From Felis catus (Eukaryota): 64,000 nucleotides of DNA. Positions 29,451 to 47,559 of this stretch are shown in pieces. Made by a program: the position numbers and the translations under genes. The DNA lies in contig NC_058369.1 in assembly GCF_018350175.1 (NCBI RefSeq), positions 620,001-684,000 of the forward strand, written 5' to 3'. The number at the start of each line of letters is the position of its first letter. Within the stretch, counting starts at the first letter, position 1. The notes below the pieces were generated by a model. That model worked only from the letters and a program-made list of their open reading frames with translations. It made no database searches and was not told where the DNA came from.

Positions 29451-30249
29451 AGCTGGCTTAAGCGAGTGGGAGCTGAATGTGCAAAGGACCTGAGGTAAGA
29501 AACCGTGTTTGTAGCTCAACATGTGTTGGAAGGAACAAGGAAAGCCATCTTGTGGTTCCCAGCAGGAGAATGACCTGGTACCTCTGGCTGTGTGTGAAGG
29601 CACCTGCAGCGAGGGGAGGACAGGGGAGGAGGCTGGGGCCATCCAAACCAGTGATCGTGGCCATAGTGGCCCAACTGAGTGGACAGGTCCTGCCGATGGG
29701 TCCACTGGAGATTTCCAGAATAACGCTGGGTTTGGGACTCGACTAACAGGTGGTGCCTTTACCCATTGGCCACCCTGGAGTAGAAACTGGACAGAAATTG
29801 TCCAATGGATGGGTTCCAGGAGCCGAATGATTAGGCAGATTAGGCTTGCCTCCATGTGGGGGCCAGAGCTCTGGGAAAAGTTGGGCTGAACACAGGATGC
29901 ACCCCTAGAAACGCGAGTAGGGCTTCCATCTGCGCACACACACACACAGCGCCAGGATGTCCGTCACGGCACTGGCCCAGAGGGGACGGGGGCTTGGGCA
30001 CTAGGCCTGGGTCCTCCCTCGTTTGCAGACCCCAGGCGGCCGAGGCGCTGGAAGGCAGGGAGCTAGGGCGCGGACAGCCCCTGGGGTTGGAGAGCCAATG
30101 GAGCAACACCTTGACGCAACGACCCCGTCCAGGTGCGACACCACCTCTGCAGCCTGCATACCTCGCTCGGGAGCCAAGTCCCTTCCCGGCGTGGGCCCCA
30201 GGCCCGTGCATCCCGCACTCCGCGTTTTCCCTCAGACCAAGATGTGGGC

Positions 30250-31140
30250 CTGGGGGCCTGGCCTGGGGCGCCACCTGCGTGTGCGCGGGGGCGGAGTGGT
30301 GACGTCAACGCCGTGAGCGAGGCTGCGCGAGCCGCGGTGACATCAGCAGAGCCCCGGGCCGCCCGCGCACGCGTCCGTGCGTCACCGGCGCGCGGGGGCG
30401 GTGGCCGGGCGGGGCTGGGGCGAGCGCATCTCCGGTCGCGGGGCGCCCTCTGCTGGCGTCCTTGGGGATTGTATTCGAGCCGCGCCGGCTGGCCGTCCCC
30501 GCAACGTCTGCGTCTCTGACAGTCCGCTGGCTGCCCGCTCCCGCGTCCCCCCCCCCATTCTGCTTTTCTTTTTCCTTTTTTTTTTTTTTTTTGGAGTTTA
30601 TTTTTAAGTCATCTCTGCATCCAACATGGGGTTTGAACTCACAACCCTGAGATCAAGAGTTGCATGCTCTTCAGACTGGGCCAGCCAGGCGCCCCTGTTT
30701 TTCTTTTTTAGTTAACTTCTAACACGCTGTATGATTTGCGTATTCGTTACACTGAGTGTTAAACGTCCCCACCACCCCAAACCAGAGCCGGAATCTTGGT
30801 ATATCCCTTGATGGCTCTCTAGCGCCTGGCATCCCCACGAGCGTCCCCCCAAATTTTGAATGCAAGTGACTCCTGTTCCGCGCAGGCTTCCGGTCCTCCC
30901 CTTCCCCCCCCCCCCCCCACCTTACCACCGGCAGGCTCCTGGGACTGGAAGGCAACTACAACCCCCAGCATGCTATGCGCGGAGCTCGGCGCGTCGTTGT
31001 TAAAGTCGCCTGCGGCTTGCTGGGGGTCGTAGTTCGCGCGTGCGCCTTCGCCCGGACTCCTCTTCCCAGACGTCTCTGCGCGTCGTCCTCCTCGTCCTCC
31101 TGGTTGCCCGCTTTCGGCCGGAGTCCGTTCGCAGCCGTCG
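30250..31140 (+). promoter_or_regulatory. ATP5F1D: ATP5F1D promoter / CpG island
   Basis: Full CRE TGACGTCA at 30300-30307; CTCF-like GCGCCCTCTGCTGG at 30443-30456; ZNF143/THAP11-type motif ACTACAACCCCCAGCATGC at 30955-30973. Confidence 0.7.
30577..30695 (-). mobile_element. Short carnivore CAN-SINE inside the ATP5F1D upstream island
   Basis: Poly-T followed by aagtc...gaactcacaaccctgagatcaagagttgcatgctc...gccagccaggcgcccc. Confidence 0.85.
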
Positions 31141-31142
31141 CC

Positions 31143-33011
31143 ATGCTGCCCGTCGCGGTCCTGCGCCGTCCCGGCCTGCGCTGCCTCGTCCGTCAGGCCC
31201 GCGCCTACGCTGAGGCTGCGGCTGCGCCGGCCCCGGCTGCGGGCCCGGGCCAGATGTCCTTCACCTTCGCCTCACCCACGCAGGTTCGGACTCCGGTCGG
31301 GCTCGGGACCCCTCCTTGATCACCACCTCCAGTCGGGACCCGCTGTGGTCCGCAATCGGAGACCTCCAACCTTTGGGTTGTCGACCCTCATTTATTCCGC
31401 TCCCTGTGCCCCCTCCCCCGTGTGGTCCGAAATCCATCCCCAGGCCACCGCCTCCTGCTCCGGATCCATGTCCGCCTTCCGCACCCCGGATCCGCGTCGG
31501 CGCCCCATTGTGGTCAGGACTCCGGGATCCCCAGCCTCCGAGTCTCGGAGATCCCTCACTCCCCCTCCAGGACCCCGGACCGATGCCCCCTCCACCTGTG
31601 TCCCTCCGAGAGCCACCCCCCAACCCCTGTGTCGTTGACCCACGCCCTACGCCTTTCCAAGTGGTGTGGAATCCGAGCCCCATAAAGCTTTCCGAGTTCC
31701 CGAGCCTTCCGCCTGGAATCCAACGCCCCAGGGCCGGACCTCAGCGTTCGCCCCGTCCCGCAGAACCCCGAGCCTCAGACACTTGTTGTCTTGTGTCTTC
31801 CTGGGTCGGCGCCCTTCTTGGCAACTTCTTGGCAGTGTTTCTGTGGGGACGGGCTCCGTCTGGATTTTATCTTCTGTGCGCTAAGATGCTGCTAGAGAAC
31901 CAAAACAAGTATGCGCGTCCTCGTGGCTGCTTCCGTGTGTGTTCTGTCGCCGTGGGGTCTTGCCTTGGGCCGTTTCACTGCAGGGCAGACTGAGATCCGG
32001 GCGGGGAGGACTGGCCTGCAGGGATTCCCCGCGTGTTCTTCCAGGTATTTTTCAATGGTGCCAACGTCCGGCAAGTGGACGTTCCCACGCAGACGGGAGC
32101 CTTTGGCATCCTGGCGGCCCACGTACCCACCTTGCAGGTGCTGCGGCCGGGGCTGGTTGTTGTCCACGCCGAGGACGGCACCACCTCCAAATACTTTGGT
32201 GAGTGCACCGGGAAGGGGCTGGGCGGGGCCACGTGCTTCAGCAGGCCCAAGTGTCTGGCTTCTCCGTGTGGATAGAAGCAGAGCCCACGAGAGAGACAAA
32301 CCCGTGCCTCCAGTAGCTTGTGGTGGGTCAGGGTCTCGGTGGGGGCCAGGCGTCTGAGAGGGAAGTCCAGTCCTGTCGCAGAGGAGCCGATGGAGAGGGC
32401 GGGGGGGGGGTACTGGATCCTAAGGAGAGCGTGCAGCAACACGACTCTGAGGTACAGCCAAGATGCAGACCCGGCGCCCCGCTCACCCCTGACCCTGGCT
32501 CAGCTGATGGGCTGGTGCTGGTGGGTGAAGGAAGGAGGCCTTGTGCCCCGTGTGCAGGTGCCAGTGGGCGACCATGGGCCCTGTGGGCATCGGCCTGTCT
32601 CCCATGCTAGACGGCTCTGGAGCCGCTTCTGTGGCTCTGGCTGACAGGGTCCCCCGCACCCGAACACGGGACTCTCACGGCTGTCTTCTCCCGCAGTGAG
32701 TAGCGGCTCCGTCACAGTGAACGCTGATTCCTCAGTGCAGCTGTTGGCTGAAGAGGCCGTGACCTTGGACATGCTGGACGTGGGGGTGAGTGTTCCAGGG
32801 GAAGCCGATGGACCCAGGAGGCCACATCTGAGCCAGGGCACCAGGCGGGGTCGCTGCTTGGCTCTCACCTGCTTCCCACTTCCTGCAGGCCGCCAAGGTG
32901 AACTTGGAGAAGGCGCAGTCGGAGCTGTCAGGGGCAGCAGACGAGGCCTCCAGGGCCGAGATCCAAATCCGCATCGAGGCCAACGAGGCCCTGGTGAAAG
33001 CTCTCGAGTAG
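31143..33011 (+). CDS. ATP5F1D: Mitochondrial ATP synthase F1 subunit delta, 168 aa. Exons 31143-31283, 32045-32198, 32697-32785, 32889-33011
   Basis: MLPVAVLRRPGLRCLVRQARAYAEAAAAPA...QMSFTFASPTQVFFNGANVRQVDVPT...IEANEALVKALE*. 507 nt, GT-AG. Poly(A) ATTAAA at 33394-33399. Confidence 0.98.
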
Positions 33012-36000
33012 GCGGTCCGTGGCCCTTGCCAGCGGGGAAACCGAGGCCCAGGACCGGACCGGGGATGTCCCGGGCAGGCTGAACCAGCTCGCGTGGGTCG
33101 TCTGATTGGGGGTGGGGAAGTGGGGAGAGAGGGGCCTCGAGCCACCTGGGGGAGTCTTGGGCGGAGGGAGCGGTCTTGCCAAGAGGCCGCCAGGGGGCAG
33201 CACACTGTCAGGCCTCCTAGCGAAGGGGGGCTTGCTGAGACCCTGCTCTGCGTCTCACCCTTCCAGCCGCTCCCCCCACCCCGCCCCAACCCGACGTGCC
33301 ACCCACTTTCTCTCTAACCTTGTAGACTCTGCTGTGGAGCCCTCAGCTCCTCGTCCTGCCCCTGGGACAGCCCGCTCCCAGCTTGAGCCCCCCATTAAAA
33401 ACCAGGGACCTGACTCGTGTATGCTGGTTTTGTCTCCTGTCTGGGCCTGTGGCTTCAGGACCTTGCCTGGCCTTTCCCGCAGTGCTCCTGTGCCCCCAGT
33501 GTGACGAGACGTTCAGTACCAGCCTCGGCCTCCAGGGTGTCGAAGCTGTGGCCCAAGAGATCCTTGAGGGTCTGGAGTAAACCGAGGAGCGGGGAGCTTA
33601 CTCAGTGAAACCACGGTGGGTGGTGGGCAGGGCGTTTGCCATCATCCCAGGAGGGTGGGTGTGGGCAAAGTTGCTGGCGGGGCCTGGGGACACAGCAGGC
33701 GGGGGCGTGGCCGCTGTTCCTGGGCTGGGCCTGGGCTGCTGGACAGCCCCCTGGGGCTCTGCCAGGTTTCAGGCTGCCCTGTGGGCTCCCCGGCCCGCCC
33801 CAGCCACGCTGGGAAGAGGCGGGCCCTGCCTGCTCCCACAGAGGCCCAGCCCTCTGCTCACCCGGCCTGTGGGTGGCCTGGGCTGGCCTTGCGCCCTCCT
33901 CCTCGGTGGTGTTGGCACCTCTGTGGCATCCGGGCCCCTGGGCTGGCCCCAGATGGGGTGGGGCAGCCGGGCGGGGGCAGCCCTGGCACCGGGCAGCTGC
34001 TCCATTCCTTCCCTTTTGCAACCGTGGGGGTGGCCCAGACGCTGGCTCCAGGTGGCCTGCGGGAGACTTTGGGGCAGGGGTCTCATTTTTCTCCTTCCTC
34101 AGCCCCGGGCCTCAGCAGGGTGGGCAAGGGGATTCCAGGGGCGTGAGTGTGCAGGAGAGTCCGGGCCTCCCCGTGTGTCATTGGCAGCCTGGAGGTGACG
34201 GGGAGGCCACCCCCAGGCATGTTGTCAGCACAGATGGGCTCTGTGCTCGTGTGTCACTGTCCCGTGTGAGTGACTGTCCTGTGGCTGTATTGGAGGCTCC
34301 AGGTAGTGGAGCCATGCTTGTGGGGGCCTCCAGACTAGCTCGCAGCTGTGGAGGGCTCCTAGCTGGGTCCCCCTCCTCAGGCTGGTAGGCCCAAGCAGCT
34401 GGCCCCCGCTTCAGGAACCCCCAGCCCAGAGAACGCTGTGACAGCCATGGGATCACTTCTCCCTGTCCCCCGTTTTGGAGCGTTTTGGAGTCTAGGTCCT
34501 AGGGTTCCTGGCCAGGCCCTGGGGGCGATAAATAAGACCAAGGACACCGTGGGGGCTCCAGGAGGTGGTGAGAGGGTACAGCGACACCACCGAGACAGCA
34601 GCACCTTCACCAGGCCGCCAGACCGGCACCACCCACACCGGGGATCCTCCTATCTGCACTTCTCTGTGCCCTAAGAGATCTCAGCCTCTGGGACGGGGTG
34701 GGGGGGGGGGGGAAGGGTGGGCAGTCTCGGATGTAGGTAAGGCCCCTCAGCACCGTGCAGGGCCTCTGGGGGAGGTGTGAGCTTTGGAAACTTCCGGATG
34801 CCTCTGCCTGATGTGGGCCTGCGGGAACAACCTGTGTTGTCCCGGGCCTTGCCCTGGGGTGGAGTGGAGTGGGCCCTGTGACCAGGAGCCAGGGGTCTTT
34901 CCTGGAGGTCAGGCTCCCGCAAGGGTCCGTTCCTCTCCCAGGAAGGGGGTCCCCTCGCACTTGGTGTGTGCTCACACCCAAGAACCATCTAGAGCACGAG
35001 GATGCTCTGAAGAGGAAAGGAAGTAGGAAGTGGATGGGCTTAGTGTGTTTATTAGGTGGGACCTGTAGAGGCAGGCTGGGGCCATGGTCCCTTCCTGAGA
35101 GCAGTACCCCACCTCCAAAGTGCGTGACCTTCGGGGCCCCAATTCCAGGAGGACCACCCAGTCCCTCGGCAACCTGACGGCCTAGGTCTCCACGCCCCGA
35201 GACCACAGCCTTGCCCGCCCGAGCCGCGGAGCCCTGACCCGCCACTCACTCCACCTGCAGCCCCTCCAGCGTCGAGATGCTCCAGCTTCAAGTCCGCCAC
35301 TCCCTGGGCCACCCCTGCCTGGTGGGGTGCCCACCTGGCCGTCTGGCCCCTGCAAGGCCCTCGCTTGTGGCCCCACAATCCCCTCTCCAGTCTCCGGCAC
35401 TGCCTCCAGCCGGAGTCCCACCTGCTGGAGCGCACACCTCAACCCCAGCCCCTCAGTGACCCCTTCCAAGGGCTGGCTCAGCCTCTCCCTACAGCCCAGC
35501 CCTGACCCTGAGGGGCGGGGTGTCCTGTGTGGGTGTGACTGGGGGGGGGGGTGCAGAGGCTGCAAGAGTTTTGGGTGGGAGCAGGATGGAGACCTGGAAA
35601 AGCACACAGCCCTGGGAGGGGTGCCCACGATTGGGTGGGGTGGAGGTGGTCAGGCCAGATAAAGTGAGACACCAGATAAATGGACAGGGGGTAGGGCAGT
35701 AGGTCCTGAGGTCCCCCTCCTCTGGGCAGAGGGAGCGGAAGGACTGAGAAGGCCCCACACCAATCATGGTCATCCTCAAAACCGTCCCTACCCAGGGCAG
35801 CATGCTGGGGAAAACCGTGTGGTGTCAGTTAACTGGTCTGTGAGATGGGTAGGGTGGTCCTGCCCGCCCCAACACCCCCGGGGCTCCAGAGAGTCCCGCG
35901 CGGGATTCTCCTATCACTCTATAGCCAAGCTACGGAAACAGGCTCGGAAAGGTCATAGCGCGGCGGGTGGTGCCTGGCTGCACTCGGCAGGCCTGGCGCA

Positions 36001-36949
36001 GGTTAATCGCTCCATAAATGCCGTCTGAGGTCACCGTTAAGGGATGCAGGCGGCCAGGCAGTTGGGCAGCTGGCTGGGGCACCCCCACAACAGGCAGGTG
36101 ACTCCGGCCTGTTTTCCTGGATCGTGGCCACTGACTCAGGCCCCCCTCCGCTCACGCTCCCCTACTCGGGCGCCCCCAGGCGGAAGCACCCGGCCTGGGG
36201 CGGCAGGAAAGGGGGCGGGGCGGGAGTCAGTTCGTGCACCCCGAAACCTCGTCTTGGGGACACTACTGGTCGGCTGAGCCGACTCCGACCCCAGGTTCTA
36301 CAGTATTCATGGAGAGCCCCCACCCCCACCCCCCATAGACGCAGCGAGGCTTCAGGGGTGGGGAGCCAGGCCCCAAGGCGCCCCAGGGCCCTGGCCTGCA
36401 GGCAGGGGCGGGGGCCCGCCTGCGTCACTGGCCGCCCGGCCCTCCGCCCCCTGCCCGCCCAAACTCCACCCCGAGGGAAGGCGGTGCGGATAAAGGCTTG
36501 GGGGCCGCCCGCTCGGTCCCAGACCTGCCCCGCCACCGCGCTCTAGTCCCGGACGTGGGTAAGCTCAGGACGGTTGGGACCTCGGACTGGCGGCGCCTGG
36601 TGAGTGCGGGGTGGGACCTCACGGGACGAGTAGGAGGGTCCCCACTTCAGGCCTTTTATTAAAGGTGTCCCACTTTTCTTTGTTCTGTGGGCAGACAGGG
36701 TTCGGGGTGTCTCTAGCCCTGGCAAGCCCCTCGGGTCGTGGGATGGGAGGGGCTCGGCGCAAGCAGCACCGCCCAGGCAGGACCTCAGCCCCCGCCCCGC
36801 CTCCCGGGCACTCTTCCTACCCCGTGAGTGACCTTGAGCAAATTGCTGTTCGGCCTGAGTTTCTTCAGTTGTGTGGCCCCAGTCTCCTTCCTTAGAGGCT
36901 ACAAGCCCCTAGCGAAGCTCCCCGCTCGCCGGCAGTGCCGTCGGCCTCT

Positions 36950-37759
36950 TCCCGGCCCCAGGGCAGCTTCAGCGCCCCCTCCCCAGGACTCCCGGCAGCG
37001 CTCCCGGGCGGGGCCGGCAGGGGGCGCGCCGGCGCTGCTGACTCACCGCAGCCCCAAGCGGCGCGCGCGGGCGCAGCCGGGGACGCCGCGTCACGTCACG
37101 GCTCGGGCGGGCGCGACTCGGGAAGCGGGCCCGGCCCGCGGGACAGGGGTGGGACGCGAGGTGGTACCGGCGCGGGAGGGGCCCTCCCGGCACTGGCCCA
37201 CGTCATCAGGGTGCAGGCCCCGCCCGCAGCCCCACTCCTCGCCGGGACCTCACGCCCCACAGGTGGGGGACGCCCGCCGTCCGAACCTCCCGAGAGCCGC
37301 CCGGCCACGAAGCGTGGGGATCGCCTCCCGCTTCCGCTCGCGGCGGCTTCCCGGACAGACACGGGGGGGGGGGGGGTGTCCCCCGGCTTCCTGCCCCTCC
37401 CAGCGCAGGGACAGTGCCCGCCCCCACGCCGCGCGGCTCCGGGCTCGGACCCTGCGGGCCGTCCCCCTCCCCCGTCTCCCTCCGGCCGCCTGCCCTTTGT
37501 TGCGGGCCGTATGAATGGCCCCCGGCGCGGGCGGGTGGGGCGCGGGGGCGGGCCGGAGCGGCGCCAGTCCCGCCCCCGCCGCGCTCCCCTTGGCCGCCGG
37601 GCCGGGGGCGGAGCGAGGGGCGGGCCCGCGCGGCCACGTGGGGCAGCGCCGCGGCGGTTCCTATTGGCCCGCCCGTGCGGCCGACTGGGCGTTCGGCGCG
37701 CGACGATTGGCCGGCGCTGGGCCGGCGGAGTAAGTAGTGAATGGGAGGGGGCGGCAGCC
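36950..37759 (+). promoter_or_regulatory. MIDN: MIDN promoter CpG island
   Basis: AP-1 TGACTCA at 37039-37045, tandem CRE half-sites near 37089-37100, CCACGTCA at 37198-37205, reverse CCAAT boxes at 37663 and 37706, GC boxes. Exon 1 probably lies in the adjacent N gap. Confidence 0.7.
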
Positions 37760-37890
37760 NNNNNNNNNNNNNNNNNNNNNNNNNNNNNNNNNNNNNNNNN
37801 NNNNNNNNNNNNNNNNNNNNNNNNNNNNNNNNNNNNNNNNNNNNNNNNNNNNNNNNNNNNNNNNNNNNNNNNNNNNNNNNNNNNNNNNNN
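37760..37890. other. Assembly gap (N run)
   Basis: 131 N at the MIDN 5' end. Confidence 1.
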
Positions 37891-38215
37891 CCGGAGCGGC
37901 GGACGGCACCGAGCGCGGAAGCCCGAGCGGCACCCCCTTCTCCGGACCCTCCTCCGCGCCCACTGTCCTTGAAAGGAGCCGCGAGTGCAGTCCCCACCCC
38001 CGGAAGGCGCCCCGACGAGCCAACGCGACCCCGGAGCGCTGCTTGGATTTTGATTCCTGATTTCACCTTCCGCTCCTGGGACTTTCTCGAAGGGGACGCG
38101 CGCTGCCCCTAGGAACCCCGAGGACCCCGGTTCAGGGAGCCCCCCAGCACTGCCCGGAGGCGCGGCGAGGATTGGCGGCGCCCCGCGGACCCCATCCCTC
38201 CAGCGCGGGCCGGGG

Positions 38216-43986
<5,771 letters not shown>

Positions 43987-45716
43987 GACCCGCGTCCCTC
44001 GCCCGACCACCCTGGGCCGAGAGTTCCCCCCCCCCCCCCCCAGCGAGGCCTGCACGCGGGAGGGCAGGCGGTCAGGGCAGGAGGCCCCCCCCCCCCCCTC
44101 CCCGGCCAGCTTCCTTCTGATTTTTTGTTTTTCGTGTTTTTTTTTTTTTTTTCTTTTAAGTTCCATTCTTAACCGTGGTTTTCCGAACTCTCCATGGACT
44201 GGGTTCCTGCCGCCTCGGTTCAGCTCACACTTCCCCGCCTCTTCCTCCCGCCGCCGGCTCGAGCCTCGGCCGAGCTGGGCCCCTCCCCGCCCACTTCCCA
44301 AGCTCCAGATATGTAGCAGTCACTCCAGATGGTTGAGAGTGGGGACGAGGAAGCCGCCCCCGTCCCTTCAGGTTTAAGTCAAAAATGTAGATGCTTCATG
44401 ATGCACTTTACAGACGGGCAGGGCCCGGGAGGGAAGGCCTGCCGTGCACACCGGCCTCCAGGGCGGCCAGCAGGCCCCACAGCGACCAGAGAGCCCTGCG
44501 CCCGCGGGGCCGTTTCTCCACATCTGTGCTTTTTTTCTCTTGGTCTCTTTTTCCAGGAAAAAAAAAAAAAAAAAAAAAAAAAAGCGCTTCAGCAGGCTGG
44601 CCAAAGCCAGCCTTGGGGTTCAGGTGGGGGTGTGGGGCCCTTTCCTAGTAGGAAAGGAGAGAGAGGGAGGGGAACAGACCAGATGCCAGCCTTCGAGTCC
44701 ACGCACTGTGCCCTTTCCTCCTGCCCCGCCCCCCTTTTGTTCTGAGCTTGGGGTATTTATAGACTATTAATTTTCTGAGCCAATAGTGGTTGGGAGTCTC
44801 TTGAAAACTCGGGAGAGAAATGGTTGGGGGGACAGGGGAAATAATACCCCCAGCCCTCCTTCCTGGCCCAACCTGAGGGATCTGGGCCTGTGGGCTGTGT
44901 CTGGAGGCCCTCTGGCAGCCAGGAGGGGAGGGGGTGCTGAGCTGTGAAGCCCCCAGTAGGGGTGACGCTGTGTAGCATTAACCCCCTTGGGGGGGGGTTC
45001 GCTGCTGGTCTTAATTGGACCCTCCCCACTCTCATCCCCAGATTCCCCCTGGGGCAGAGGGGCAAACCCCCTACTGGGGCCATTTCAATGGGGGTGGAGT
45101 TTTTGTTCATTCACTTATTTTTACTGATAATGGAGATGATTGGGCCCTGCCCCCCTTACTCCCCCAGTCTTGTCCTTGCCCCACCTCTCTGTCCTCCAGA
45201 CACCCCCACTCCCTGTCCCTCCCTTCATCCTATCTTAGGTGAACCCCCCATTATGTGTTTAAAGTTAATGGTTTCAGATGTGAACATCATGTGTTAACTG
45301 TAGCTCTGTAAACTTTTTTGTGGGGGGGTGGGTGGGGAGGGGTCAGAGGGTAGGGGTCAAGGATTTGTTTTTTGTTTGTTTTTATTTTCCAAAAAAAAAA
45401 AAAAAAGGAGAAAAAAGGAGTGGGTTTGTTTTTCAAGAACTGTCTTGGATACCTATTTAAATGTGTTCTGTTTTGGTTTTTTTTGTTTTGTTTTTTTAAA
45501 CGATTTTTAAATAACACCTGTGCCTCCGCGGGTCTGAGGGTGGAGGTCCAGGCAGGAACCAGCCCGCCCCCCTCTGCCCTCACCAGGGCTCCCTCAAGAA
45601 AGCATTACCCACCCTCGGGGGGGTCGGGCTGGGGGGGGGGGTCCCGGCACCTTGCGTGAGTTTCCTGTATGAAAAAATTGGGAAGAAAGCCGCATACAAA
45701 CACCGTGATTTCAAGT

Positions 45717-45722
45717 AATAAA
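45717..45722 (+). terminator. MIDN: MIDN polyadenylation signal
   Basis: AATAAA about 1.73 kb after the stop, following a U/A-rich 3'UTR. Confidence 0.7.
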
Positions 45723-46689
45723 CAGAAAATGAAACCTGAGTGACTGTGCTGCCCTTTTGCAGGGGTCAGGGGAGCGGTCTTGGCCATCACAGAGGGGGCT
45801 CCCTGGTCTGATGGGTGGTCTCTATCGGAGAAAGGGCTTGGGATGATCTGGAGACCCGGTAGGATGTTTGGTTCTCCCACCACCTCAGGCCGTGGGAGCT
45901 GGAAGGGGGGGCGGGGATCCCACAGTAGTTCCCGGGTTCCCTCCGGGCCTGGAGGTGAGGGTGGGCAGGAAGTTGCCCCAGCGGTGGAGGGAGGGGCCAG
46001 CCACTTCCCAGTACCCAAGGCCGGAAGTCCTACAGGGTGTGGGCACAGGGCTGCCTGCCCACAGTGTGTCCCGGGTGGGGCCTCGGTTCCCGGCCCTGGG
46101 AAGTGGACTGGGGACTAACCCCTGGAACCGTCTCCAGGATACCTGACCCACACACCGGGCCTCGGTTTCCCCAGCCACAGACAGGAAAACTGTTCCCACT
46201 GCCGGGCCAAGCAGGAGGTACTGCCTGCGTGGGCCCCCTGACGTGAGCCCTCTCCCTCCCTCAAGGCTAATGGAGCCCCTTCCTACCTGCCAGGCCTCCA
46301 GAAGCTCTCTGGCAGAAATCAGTGATTCCCCAGGGCCCAGGGTTTGCGCTCAAGGCCTCTGGCCTGGCCTTGCCCCAGCCTGGGGTGAACTCTCACCCTT
46401 CTGTGGCCTCACCCTGGCCTCGCATTCCAGCGCTCCCCAGCCCTGACGGTCATGCCTCAAGCCTCCAGGCCTTTGTCCGGGGCCGTGCCCAGTGCAGGAA
46501 CACCCCTCTGCTGGCCGCCCTTGCGTTGCCAGGGGACTTCCTCAACTGGCATCCCCCCAAGGGCCTGGCCAGGGGCAACTCCTCTCTGGGGTCCTGCTTC
46601 CATCCATGTTGGGGCTGGGCAGACAGGACAATAATAGCATCATTTTACATGTATTTCCCCAGTTAACAAGCACTGCCACCTAACAGAAC

Positions 46690-46755
46690 TAATTATACTC
46701 CCATTTAATAGATGAGAAAACCCCAAGCCCAGAGAGAAACATCACTTGCCCTAAG
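46690..46755. mobile_element. MIR core fragment
   Basis: cccatttaatagatgagaaaaccccaagcccagagag...cacttgccc. Confidence 0.6.
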
Positions 46756-46915
46756 AATTGGGGGTGTTTGTTATATTGGTGACCACCCACTCCTGGGCAG
46801 ATTTCTGATAGCCCAAGGCCTTGGCCTCAGCGCCCCAGCTCCAAGGACCCCAGGAGCAAGGGAAACCCCAGGACTGTCCCAGGAGCGTCCTGGAAGTATC
46901 CGGGAGGCCCTTCTG

Positions 46916-47064
46916 NNNNNNNNNNNNNNNNNNNNNNNNNNNNNNNNNNNNNNNNNNNNNNNNNNNNNNNNNNNNNNNNNNNNNNNNNNNNNNNNNNNNN
47001 NNNNNNNNNNNNNNNNNNNNNNNNNNNNNNNNNNNNNNNNNNNNNNNNNNNNNNNNNNNNNNNN
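46916..47064. other. Assembly gap (N run)
   Basis: 149 N. Confidence 1.
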
Positions 47065-47559
47065 ACCATGTACGTTGCAGGCTGACCCTTCCAGACCTCC
47101 AAGTCAAGGGCACAAGCTCCCGCAGGTAAGGAGGGCCACAGGTTGGAGGTGTGGGTGAGACAGCTCAGGTGGAAACTTCCGCCCACGCAGCCGCCCCTGG
47201 GGGTCAGGGCTGAGAGCTGTAAGCAGGTGACTCCACAGGGCTGGGTAGGGGCTGTGGAGGGAGGTGTCACTTGGGCCACCCTCTGAATCACACGCTGAAT
47301 CGCAGGCTGTGTCTGCACGCTGCAGGGCGGGGGGCACTTGCCCTGCTGCCCGGGAACCCACCCCTCAGGGCGCTTCCTGGCGCCCAGCCCGGAAGTCCAA
47401 GGGTCACGGCCCTGCCCTGGGGTCCCAGGAGGACAACACCCCGGTGGGGGCTGCGGGCCACCGGCCTCTTCCCCCTACTCGGCCGCGCATCGCGCACACC
47501 TACCCAGGGGGAAGTGCCCGGCCGAAGGGAGATGCGGTCAGAGGGGCTGCTGGCCAGGC

